A program made the translations under genes and the position numbers. Shown piece after piece: positions 35,216-43,860 of a stretch of 64,000 nucleotides of DNA. Below the pieces are notes generated by a model. It was not told the origin of the DNA. It saw only the letters and a program-made list of their open reading frames with translations, and did no database searches. Every line of letters starts with the position of its first letter. Position 1 is the stretch's first letter. The DNA is taken from positions 2,162 to 66,161 of the forward strand of contig JBFEOO010000009.1 of the NCBI GenBank assembly GCA_041550555.1, written 5' to 3'. Source of the stretch: Arenicellales bacterium (GTDB lineage: Bacteria; Pseudomonadota; Gammaproteobacteria; Arenicellales; JBFEOO01).

Positions 35216-35658
35216 CGATATCCCTTTCTCAATCAGCTGGTTGTGCGAGGGGACGCATCGACATCAAGGCAAAAGGTGCACCGGCGAGGCGATTCACGTC
35301 TCGCGCTCCACCGTTCGACGTCGCGTGTGCGCCGCATCGTGCGACGCCCCATTGCAACGACGACGGCGCCTCCTTGTGTGGCCGCATGGCGCCCCATCCA
35401 CCGCGACCGGGTATCACCCGAACGGGTACTGACAGCGTACCAGCAAATGACCCTGGCAGTCGTCCCTGCCGCAGGCACACGGCGCAACGCCAGCCGGGCC
35501 GACGGCAGGGCTGCAGTGCTGCTTCTCTGGCGATGCGTTATGATGCGGACCCGCGGCGCACATCGTCGCTTTGGATCCGATCTCCACCGGCGATGTGCGT
35601 CGAGCGTGAGCGACCGCATCCGACTCCGCATGGAAGTCGATGGCGGGCACGGTCGGGC

Positions 35659-35734
35659 TGGCGCCCCGAAGAGGATTCGAACCTCTGACCTGCCGCTTAG
35701 GAGGCGGCTGCTCTATCCTCTGAGCTATCGGGGC
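35659..35734 (-). tRNA. tRNA-Arg (anticodon CCT)
   Basis: Reverse complement GCCCCGA...GCCGC-CTCCTAA-GCGGC...GGTTCGAATCC...TCGGGGC-G-CCA, 76 nt. Confidence 0.96.
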
Positions 35735-35894
35735 GAAAACCCGATTCTACGTCAACTGCCGCGTGGTGAGATGTGCGGATCTTGAGCGAGGGACGGACAT
35801 GATCGGCGTATTGGCGCCGCTCGGACACCGCGGGTCGTACGTCGAATGGCGCACGGCATTTCACAGCGTGGTGGTTGGTCATTGTTGTCGAGAC

Positions 35895-36272
35895 GTGATT
35901 TCGCGCTCGGCCACGGCGTTGTTGTTGACGGCTGCGCTGGGTGGCGTTGCCAGCGCTGACCAAAGCTGGTCTTACACCATCGGCGAGACGTGGATTGATC
36001 AGCAGGCGAATTTCTGCGCTTCCCGGGCGGAGTCCCTGCGCATCGCCGAGGTGTTCGAGGAACGCGGCGCACGGGCGGGTTTTAGCGCGCTCGATGAGTC
36101 GATCGAATGCCGTCTGCGCGTCGAAACGTTCATGCCCGAAGCGTTGTTGAGGGAGGTGGTGATCTCTCAGGGCGAGCCGGGTGAGTACACCGTGCGCTTC
36201 GTGCGCGTGCGCCTCGATGGGGGGGAGACCCGGTTTCTGGTAACCACGCGCGCCGTGCGCATCGCCAACTGA
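35895..36272 (+). CDS. Small exported hypothetical protein
   Basis: From GTG 35895 there is a signal-peptide-like segment (SRSATALLLTAALGGVASA-DQ) and a ~105-aa mature domain with two Cys; no family recognised. Confidence 0.6.
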   Translation: MISRSATALLLTAALGGVASADQSWSYTIGETWIDQQANFCASRAESLRIAEVFEERGARAGFSALDESIECRLRVETFMPEALLREVVISQGEPGEYTVRFVRVRLDGGETRFLVTTRAVRIAN

Positions 36273-36328
36273 GCGACGCGGCGGCAGGGCGCCGGCGGTT
36301 TTTGCGGTGATCGCTCCAGGGGATCCCG

Positions 36329-37915
36329 TTAGAATCCGCCGGCGTGCCCGTCTTTGCGATGATCCGATGCGGCGCAGTAGCCGTTGTGCAACGCGTAGAT
36401 CAGCTGGGCGCCGCCGAACAGCGCCATGGAAACATCGTCCGGATCCATCAGCGTGTGGCCACGTCGCTCGAGCTCGCCGCTGAGCTGGGGCGCAAACCCC
36501 TGCTCGAGACCGATGCGGCCGTCCCGGTCGATATACCAGCGCGGCGCGTCGGAGGCGGTCTGAGGGTTCTGTCCGTAGTCGACGATGCGCACCACCATCT
36601 GCACATGACCCTGTGCCTGCATGTGGCCCCCCATGACCCCGAAGCTCATGAGCGGGGCTCCGTTGCGCGACACGAAGCCCGGGATGATGGTGTGAAAGGG
36701 ACGCTTGCCGCCGCCGACGAGGTTCGGGTGCCCCGGCTCGAGGGAGAAGCCCACCCCCCTGTTCTGGAGACTGATGCCCGTTCCCGGAACCACCACGCCT
36801 GATCCAAATCCCTGATAGTTCGACTGGATCAAAGACACCATCATCCCGGCGGCATCGGCCGCCGTGAGGTATACGGTGCCTGCGTCGTCGGGCAGCGGCG
36901 CCACCGGTCGCGACGCTCGTTCCAGCGATATTGCGGCTGCCTGTCGGGCGAGTCGCGATGCGTCGAGTAGCTCATCGATCGACGTCTGCATCGTCGCGGG
37001 ATCACCGATGTGCTGGCGCGCCTGATCGAGGGCGATCTTCATCGCTTCGATCTGAACGTGCACGCTGTCGGGGGAATCCGCCGCATACCCCGCCACATCG
37101 ATGTGCTGCAGTATCCCCAACGCGATCAGAGCAGCCAGCCCTTGGCCGTTCGGGGGCAGCTCGTGCACGCGCACGTCGCGGTAGTCCTGAGCGATAGCGT
37201 CGACCCATTCCGAGCGGTGCTCGGCCAGATCGTCGAGGGACAGCGCCCCATTCTCGCGCTCGGCGTGTCGTACGAGCTGCTCGGCGAGGGCGCCTCGGTA
37301 AAACGATTCGCCCATCGATTCGGCAATGCTCTCGAGCGTCGCGGCCTGCTCGGGCATCACGAAGAGTTCGCCCGCGGTTGGTGGGCGTCCCGACGGCAGG
37401 TAGGCGTCGGCAAAGTCGCTCCGATGCCCGAAGCGTGTCGCTGCCAGGCGCCAGCGGGAGGCGATGATGGGCGAGACGATGAAGCCTTCTCGCGCGTAGT
37501 GGATGGCGGGGTCGAACAAGCTCGCAAACGGCAGCGATCCGAATCGGCGATGAAGCTGAACCCAAGCGTCCACGGCGCCGGGCACCGTCACCGATTCCCA
37601 GCCCTGCGCGGGCATCGCACTCAGCCCCTCGAAACGCTCCGGTGACCACGTTTTCGGCGCGCGTCCCGACGCGTTCAGCCCGTGGAGGCGGTTGCCGTCC
37701 CACACGATCGCGAAGGCGTCACTGCCGATGCCGTTACCGCTGGGCTCGACGACGGTCAGCGTAATCGCCATCGCCAGGGCCGCATCCACCGCATTGCCAC
37801 CCGATTGCAGCGCGTTCAGCCCGGCCTGCGTGGCGAGAGGCTGCGACGTGGCCACCGCATTGCGCGCCAGCACCGGAGAGCGCCGCGAGGGGTAGTCAAA
37901 CGTCCAGGAAATCAT
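36329..37915 (-). CDS. Gamma-glutamyltransferase-family Ntn hydrolase (cytoplasmic, YwrD-like)
   Basis: ATSQPLA..AG...GGNAVDAA, nucleophile GTVYL, SLIQSNYQGFGSG, KRPFHTIIP and GVMGGHMQAQGH; no signal peptide. Start ATG 37915. Confidence 0.93.
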   Translation of the reverse strand: MISWTFDYPSRRSPVLARNAVATSQPLATQAGLNALQSGGNAVDAALAMAITLTVVEPSGNGIGSDAFAIVWDGNRLHGLNASGRAPKTWSPERFEGLSAMPAQGWESVTVPGAVDAWVQLHRRFGSLPFASLFDPAIHYAREGFIVSPIIASRWRLAATRFGHRSDFADAYLPSGRPPTAGELFVMPEQAATLESIAESMGESFYRGALAEQLVRHAERENGALSLDDLAEHRSEWVDAIAQDYRDVRVHELPPNGQGLAALIALGILQHIDVAGYAADSPDSVHVQIEAMKIALDQARQHIGDPATMQTSIDELLDASRLARQAAAISLERASRPVAPLPDDAGTVYLTAADAAGMMVSLIQSNYQGFGSGVVVPGTGISLQNRGVGFSLEPGHPNLVGGGKRPFHTIIPGFVSRNGAPLMSFGVMGGHMQAQGHVQMVVRIVDYGQNPQTASDAPRWYIDRDGRIGLEQGFAPQLSGELERRGHTLMDPDDVSMALFGGAQLIYALHNGYCAASDHRKDGHAGGF

Positions 37916-38262
37916 CGCCTTCGAAGCGTATCTCCGTGGTGCGCGCCGTCGCCGGTCGCCGCGGATGCGGTGGGCTCGCTGGAGGGCCCGCTGTGGCGCC
38001 GATTGCGGCGAGCCATTCGGGGTGTCACGCAACCATGCCGGCCAGCGCCGCGGGCCTGACACGGCGTCTTCACTCTGCCAGAATCGTCGTTGCCAAACCA
38101 GAGTTACAAAGCCGTTGCTACGACATCCAATCGTGCCGCCGGCGCGCGGCGGGCGTTCTCTGCCCCGTCTCGTCGGCCGACGCACCGCGCCGCCCAGCTC
38201 GGGCCAATACCGGCGCGGGCCGATACCGGCGCACAGCGCTTGATCGCGACACTGCCGACGCG

Positions 38263-39099
38263 ATGAGCCAGCTCAAACAGTCCTTCGCACCGACTTCGCT
38301 GGCTGTGGCGATAGCCGGCTTCGGCACCATCGGCGAGGCGGTGGCCGACAAGCTTCGCGAGGATGTGCCGGGTGTGCGCTTGTGTGCCATTGCCTCGCGC
38401 GATGTCGCCCGTGCGCGAGCCGCCATGGTGCGGGCAGGCGTCAGCGTACCGGTAATGGCAGCCGCGGAGCTGCCAGAGGTCGCCGATGTCATCGTCGAGT
38501 GCGCTCCAGCGGCGGCATTCCGCGAGATTGCCGTTCCGGCCCTCGAGGCCGGACGCATCCTCGTGCCGCTGAGCGCCGGCGCGTTGCTGGATTGCCCGGA
38601 CCTGATCGAGCTGGCGAGGGAGCGCGGGGCTCGCATTATCGTTCCCACCGGCGCGCTGCTCGGCCTGGACGCGGTACGCGCTGCGGCGGAAGGGCACATC
38701 CATTCCGTGAGGATAGTTACCCGAAAGCCGCCGGGCGGGTTGGCGGGTGCGCCCTACCTGAGGCAGCGCGACATCGATATCTCTGCGCTCGAAGCGCCGC
38801 TCAGGCTGTTCAAGGGCACCGCCCGCGAGGGGGTCGCGGGTTTCCCGGCGAACGTCAACGTCGTGGCGGCGCTGAGTCTCGCCGGAATCGGTGCGGATCA
38901 GACGCAGCTCGAGATCTGGGCCGATCCTGGCGTGGACCGCAACATGCACCGCATCGAGGTCGATGCCGACAGCGCTCACTTCTCGATGAAGATCGAGAAC
39001 GTACCGAGCGAGACCAACCCCGCCACCGGGCGTATCACGCCGTTGAGCGTGGTCGCCTGTCTGCGCGGGCTGGTGGCGACGCTAAGGGTCGGTTCTTAG
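38263..39099 (+). CDS. nadX: L-aspartate dehydrogenase (NadX-like)
   Basis: GFGTIG Rossmann motif, VECA, GALLGLDAVRAA, FPANVNV, NMHRIEV and NPATG. Confidence 0.85.
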   Translation: MSQLKQSFAPTSLAVAIAGFGTIGEAVADKLREDVPGVRLCAIASRDVARARAAMVRAGVSVPVMAAAELPEVADVIVECAPAAAFREIAVPALEAGRILVPLSAGALLDCPDLIELARERGARIIVPTGALLGLDAVRAAAEGHIHSVRIVTRKPPGGLAGAPYLRQRDIDISALEAPLRLFKGTAREGVAGFPANVNVVAALSLAGIGADQTQLEIWADPGVDRNMHRIEVDADSAHFSMKIENVPSETNPATGRITPLSVVACLRGLVATLRVGS

Positions 39100-39124
39100 C
39101 AGCCGGACACCAACAACCCGCAGC

Positions 39125-39631
39125 TTACTTCTGGATCACGTCCACGGTGAGGCTGCGCTCCTCCTCGCCGCAGTCTTGCTCGCACAGGCGGATGTCGAAC
39201 TCGGTGCCACGCACGCCGAGGGTGGCCACCGGCGTGTTCACGCGGTACGCATCCGGATTGGTCTTGGCAATGGCGCCGGTGAGTGCCCGCAGCCCGCCTT
39301 TGACGAGATTCAGGGCGGAGCCGTCGTTGTCGCCGCCGTACGCGTACTCGTCTATGACCAGCACGCTACCGGGGCGCACGGTCACCTTACTGTCGTCCGT
39401 AAAGCGGATGACGGTGAAGCTCTTGGCAGCGGTAGTCACCGTGTCACCCACCAGGATCTCCGCGCCCTTCTCGATGAGCCGCGCCTCGGCGCCGTCCTGC
39501 TGAGCGGACACACTTCCCTTGACCATAATCGCTTCGCCGGCGACGTCGGCCGCGGCTATGGGCGCCGTGAGCAGCACGGCCGCCGCGAAGAGCCATCGCC
39601 CGCGCGAGACCCTGGCATTTTTGCTCTTCAT
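39125..39631 (-). CDS. Secreted stand-alone FecR-domain protein (short form)
   Basis: Signal peptide; GDTVTT...IRFTDDSKVTV, LNLVKGGLR, VNTPVATLGVRGTEF; ends shortly after CEQDC. Confidence 0.88.
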   Translation of the reverse strand: MKSKNARVSRGRWLFAAAVLLTAPIAAADVAGEAIMVKGSVSAQQDGAEARLIEKGAEILVGDTVTTAAKSFTVIRFTDDSKVTVRPGSVLVIDEYAYGGDNDGSALNLVKGGLRALTGAIAKTNPDAYRVNTPVATLGVRGTEFDIRLCEQDCGEEERSLTVDVIQK

Positions 39632-39728
39632 GATGATCGCCCTTCCTAGTCAAACAAATCGTGCGATCTACATTACACCAAATCCGCCCCGTTTACTATC
39701 GGCCCTACCCCTAACTATACGCCTCTCG

Positions 39729-41306
39729 CTATGCGGGGCTGGCTGGCGGTGGCGCCGGCGGTGGCGGTGGCGGTGGTGGCGGTGGCGGTGGCGGTGGCGG
39801 TGGCACCGCTCCTCCGCCGCCACCGGACGGTGCGCCCGGCGCCGGCGCGGGTGCGCCGCCGGCCGTGATTGCCGCCGCGGCGCCGGCGCACTCTGCCGCC
39901 GCCATGAGTCGATCGATGCAGTCGGCGGGTGCTGCGCAATCCAGCCGGTCCATCTCGTGGTAAAAGACAATCGCGGGCACGTCCGTCATGCCGAGCTCGG
40001 CCGCCGCCCGCAACCGCTCGGGCTCGTCCACGATCAGGGTGCGTGACTCGCTCATCAGGGTGACCGCCATGGGCCGGCGCCCGAAGCCATTCTCACGCAC
40101 ATCACCGAGCAGCGCCTCGTACCGCTCGGGGTCGATTGCCTCGCGTTCGGGGATGTCGACCGTTTCCTGCCACTGCGCCATCGAAACCAGCAGATGGTGA
40201 TCGCCCACTCGAAGCTCCGGCACGGGGGTCAGCTCTTCGAGTTGGCCGAAGTAGGCGTCGGCGACCTCCTGCAGGGTGACGTCCGCCCCGAAACCGCTGA
40301 CCAGACGCTGATGGCGCTCGTTGTAGAGGAATACGACCGGCAGGCTGGTCAGCCCGCTGGCGTGCGCCGCCTCGAGCCGCTCGAGCGACCAGTCCAGCAC
40401 GATCTGCTGACCCTCGCGGTAGAGCGATACGAAAACCACCTCCCGCGGGTTTCCCCCCGGCCGGGTCGTGGGCGGGCCGGGTCGGTACCAATACTGCTCG
40501 CCCGCCAACGCGAGGAGCTCGGACATCGAGGCGTTGAGGTTGGCGTCGCCGGCACGCCAGAAGGGGGACGGCCCCAGACGATCGTTGTCCTCGAAGAAAC
40601 GCTTGGCGACCTCGGCGATGGTCCGGTTTTCCAACGGCAGTTCCTCGATCGCGTACACGGGGGCGTACTTCGCCGAGTCACGCGCCGTTCCGCACACCCA
40701 GCCAGGCATGTAGGGCAATAGATCGATGGCGGCGTTGACCAAGAAATCTACGCGCTCGGGCTGTGCCTTGACAGTCAGGAATATGGCGTCGCTCATCGTC
40801 ATCCCGAGACCAACCAGGTGCAGGAGGACGGAGTAGGGCGGGTAGCCGCGGCGCAGCAGGTCTGTAACCGCCGCCTGCCGTTGGTCGTTGATGGCGCGAA
40901 AGCTGCCGAAAGGTCGCCACGACTCGCTGCTGCCGACGCCGCACACGGCGGCGAGAATCAGGCTGGGGCGAGGCATCACATCTTGCAGGAAGAACTCCGG
41001 ATTCTGCTCCAGGCACGACAGCAGGCGCTCGTCGACGAAACCTGCGTCGCCCGGCTCGAGCTCGAGAAGCTCATCGCCCCGCTCTAAAAACGAGCCGCCA
41101 TCGTAGACCGTCATGTAAAGGCCAGGCGCCACGTCCTCTTCGGCCAACGAGCGGCACTCCGCTTCGGTGACCGCGGCCGCGGCCTGCTGGGCCTGTGTCG
41201 GCGGCGTGAAGGAGAAGAAAGCGATCAGCGTCGACAGCGATGCGATGGCCAGACGGCGGCCCGTCGCTGCGTGCCCCTGACCCCGCAGATTCGTCACATA
41301 CCGCAT
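39729..41306 (-). CDS. Secreted hypothetical protein: FecR-C-like segment, helical region, two tandem ParB/Srx-like repeats and a poly-Pro tail
   Basis: ATG 41306 after a GGGGGG RBS-like run; signal peptide (RRLAIASLSTLIAFFSFTPPTQA-Q); internal repeat visible by eye; 525 aa. Confidence 0.85.
   Translation of the reverse strand: MRYVTNLRGQGHAATGRRLAIASLSTLIAFFSFTPPTQAQQAAAAVTEAECRSLAEEDVAPGLYMTVYDGGSFLERGDELLELEPGDAGFVDERLLSCLEQNPEFFLQDVMPRPSLILAAVCGVGSSESWRPFGSFRAINDQRQAAVTDLLRRGYPPYSVLLHLVGLGMTMSDAIFLTVKAQPERVDFLVNAAIDLLPYMPGWVCGTARDSAKYAPVYAIEELPLENRTIAEVAKRFFEDNDRLGPSPFWRAGDANLNASMSELLALAGEQYWYRPGPPTTRPGGNPREVVFVSLYREGQQIVLDWSLERLEAAHASGLTSLPVVFLYNERHQRLVSGFGADVTLQEVADAYFGQLEELTPVPELRVGDHHLLVSMAQWQETVDIPEREAIDPERYEALLGDVRENGFGRRPMAVTLMSESRTLIVDEPERLRAAAELGMTDVPAIVFYHEMDRLDCAAPADCIDRLMAAAECAGAAAAITAGGAPAPAPGAPSGGGGGAVPPPPPPPPPPPPPPPPAPPPASPA
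39757..39804. repeat. (GGCGGT)n hexamer tract encoding a ~15-residue poly-Pro run
   Basis: About 8 near-perfect GGCGGT units; read on the minus strand as CCA/CCG Pro codons. Confidence 0.9.
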
Positions 41307-41627
41307 CGTGCCCCCCCTGATTTCCTGATCGGAGGCTGTCCTCCCACCGGAGAAATCTCGTCCGTGGCACACTCCCCTGTCGGGGGCGCGTCCCCGAGCG
41401 TCTTGCTGTCCGCCCTGTCCGCGGCGTACCTTGCCGAGTTTACGCGCCGGCGTGCCGTACTTGTCAAGTACGCACCTTTGCGTGTTCAATGGCGGTGGCG
41501 CCGTGATCGCCTAGAAAAAGCACCCCCTACTATGGAAAGCATAGGCCGAAAGGCCAAAAAGGCAACCGTTTTGGCGCTCCGCGCCGCAGCGCCCCCAGCG
41601 GTGCCCAATTCCTAGGGCGAGGACAGC

Positions 41628-43805
41628 ATGCGTCGCTATGTTCTGCGGATTGCCCTGAGCCTGACCATTGCGCTGGTCTTCGCCGCGCACGTTGCCGGGA
41701 TCTTCGAGCTCGGCATCATCGATCGTCTCGAAGACCTGAGCTACGACGCGCGCCTCAACCTGACGTTGCCCGGTGGGGTGGATCCGCGCATCGTGATCAT
41801 CGATATCGACGAGACCAGTCTGCGTCAGGAGGGCCACTGGCCATGGTCGCGGATCAAGCTCAAGGACCTGGTTGAAAAGCTTTTCGATCACTATGGCGTA
41901 GCCGTGCTCGGTTTCGACGTGGTTTTCGCCGAGCGGGAAGGCAATTATGTCGTCAACATGCTGCGCGACGTCAGTGCCCAGGCGGGTGACGACGAGTTTT
42001 CCGAGAAACTCGGCGCCTACGCCGATCAGTACGATCCTGATCAGCTCTTCGCAGAAGCCCTCGAAGGCCGGCCCGTGGTGCTTGGTTACTTCTTCAATAC
42101 CGATCCGACCAAAGTCGGTGAACAAACGGGCGCACTGCCGGAGCCGACGTTCGAGGAGGACGACTACATCACGCGATCGATCTTCGCGCCACGGGCATCG
42201 ACCTATGGCGGTAATTTACCGGTGCTCCAAGAGAGCGCATGGAACGCCGGCTTCTTCAGTACCCCGTTGATCGCCCGCGACGGAGTCATTCGGCGCGTGC
42301 CCCTGCTTCACGAGTATGAGGGGTCGCTCTACGAGTCGCTCGGGCTGGCGGTGGCTCGGGTTTATCTCGACGACATCGTGCTGCCGCTGTTCGCCGAGGG
42401 CGTCGAGGTGGCGGGTTATCCGTCAATGGAGGCGCTCGAATTGGCCGGTGAGCGGATTCCCATCGACGCCGACTCTGGCGTGCTGGTGCCCTATCGCGGG
42501 CCTCCGCGCAGCTTCCCGTATATATCCGCCACGGACGTGCTGAAGCTGACCGTGCCCGACGCGCAAGCCTTGGATGGAGCCATCGCCTTTCTGGGCGCGT
42601 CTGCCGCCGGGCTCGCCGACCTGCGGGCGACTCCCGTCGAAGCGGTGTTTCCCGGCGTCGAGGTTCACGCCAATGTCACGGCGGGTATCCTCGACGGCTC
42701 TTTCAAGGAGCGGGCGGCGTATACCCGCGGCGCCGAGCTTGGCTACATCGCCGTCTTTGGAACGTTGGTCGGCGTGGTGCTGCCCCTGCTCAATCCCGTC
42801 GTGGCCATGTCGCTGGTATTCGTGATGCTTGCCGGAACCATCGGCTTCAACATGTATCTCTGGCAGCAAGGCGTGGTGTTTCCGCTAGCAGGGAGCCTGT
42901 TGCTGGTCATCACGCTGTTCTCTGTCAACGCCGTGTACGGTTTCTCCGTAGAGTCGCGTTCGAAGCGGCTGCTGCGCCGGGCATTCAGCTCCTATCTCTC
43001 TCCCGCTCTGGTCGAGCAGATCGCCGACGATCCTAACAAGCTGCGTCTCGAGGGGGAAACCCGCATGATGACGTTCCTGTTCACCGATATCGCAGGGTTC
43101 ACCACATTCGCCGAGCGCGTCGAGCCGAAGCTTCTGGTCAGCCTGCTCAATGAGTATCTCGATTCCATGTGCGGCATCGTCATGGACTACGGTGGCACGA
43201 TCGACAAGATTGTTGGCGACGCCGTGCACGCAATCTTCAATGCGCCACTCGACCAGCCCGATCACGCCGAGCTTGCCGTCCGCTGCGCGCTCGATTTGGA
43301 CCGCTTTGGGATGGAGTTCATCGAAAAGCAGGAACAGCAGGGGGTCAAGTTCGGGGTCACGCGCATCGGCGTCAACACGGGCCCTGCCGTGGTCGGCAAC
43401 TTCGGAGGCAGTCGTCGCTTCGATTACACCGCTCACGGCGACGCGATCAACACGGCGGCGCGTATGGAGAGTGTGAACAAACACCTGGGGACACGCGTCT
43501 GCGTATCGAGGACCACGGTGGATCTGTGCACGGACCAACATTTCCGGCCCATTGCCGGCCTGGTCTTGAAGGGTAAGACCGAGGCCGTCGTCGCCTACGA
43601 GCCCATCAGCGAAGACGAGGCCAGCTCGCAGCGTGTTAAGGACTACCTCGCGGCGTATGAGCTAATGAAGGCCGAGTCGACCGAGGCACGGGCCGCTTTC
43701 GAGAAGCTGGCCGTCGACTATCCCGACGATCCGGTTATCCAGCTCCACCTCGGGCGGCTGACCGAGGGGGAAGTCGGCGAAGTGCTGGTGATGGCAGAGA
43801 AATAA
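41628..43805 (+). CDS. CHASE2-domain class III adenylate cyclase
   Basis: CHASE2 motifs (IVIIDIDETSL...WPWSR, LGFDVVFAE, PGVEVHAN) and three TMs. Cyclase motifs FTDIAGFT, IDKIVGDA, DYTAHGDAINTAARME; the Lys/Thr pair indicates ATP specificity. Short TPR-like C-tail. Confidence 0.95.
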   Translation: MRRYVLRIALSLTIALVFAAHVAGIFELGIIDRLEDLSYDARLNLTLPGGVDPRIVIIDIDETSLRQEGHWPWSRIKLKDLVEKLFDHYGVAVLGFDVVFAEREGNYVVNMLRDVSAQAGDDEFSEKLGAYADQYDPDQLFAEALEGRPVVLGYFFNTDPTKVGEQTGALPEPTFEEDDYITRSIFAPRASTYGGNLPVLQESAWNAGFFSTPLIARDGVIRRVPLLHEYEGSLYESLGLAVARVYLDDIVLPLFAEGVEVAGYPSMEALELAGERIPIDADSGVLVPYRGPPRSFPYISATDVLKLTVPDAQALDGAIAFLGASAAGLADLRATPVEAVFPGVEVHANVTAGILDGSFKERAAYTRGAELGYIAVFGTLVGVVLPLLNPVVAMSLVFVMLAGTIGFNMYLWQQGVVFPLAGSLLLVITLFSVNAVYGFSVESRSKRLLRRAFSSYLSPALVEQIADDPNKLRLEGETRMMTFLFTDIAGFTTFAERVEPKLLVSLLNEYLDSMCGIVMDYGGTIDKIVGDAVHAIFNAPLDQPDHAELAVRCALDLDRFGMEFIEKQEQQGVKFGVTRIGVNTGPAVVGNFGGSRRFDYTAHGDAINTAARMESVNKHLGTRVCVSRTTVDLCTDQHFRPIAGLVLKGKTEAVVAYEPISEDEASSQRVKDYLAAYELMKAESTEARAAFEKLAVDYPDDPVIQLHLGRLTEGEVGEVLVMAEK

Positions 43806-43860
43806 GCCTTCGGCGCGGCCCGTGGCGACGCCCAGCCGTCGTGCCGGGCGAATGTCTTTC

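Noticed and set aside
35387-35667. 9-bp TGGCGCCCC at 35387-35395, identical to the tRNA-Arg 3' end (35659-35667), as a possible att-site remnant
   Set aside because: Too short and GC-rich to be significant. No integrase or island cargo lies next to the tRNA.
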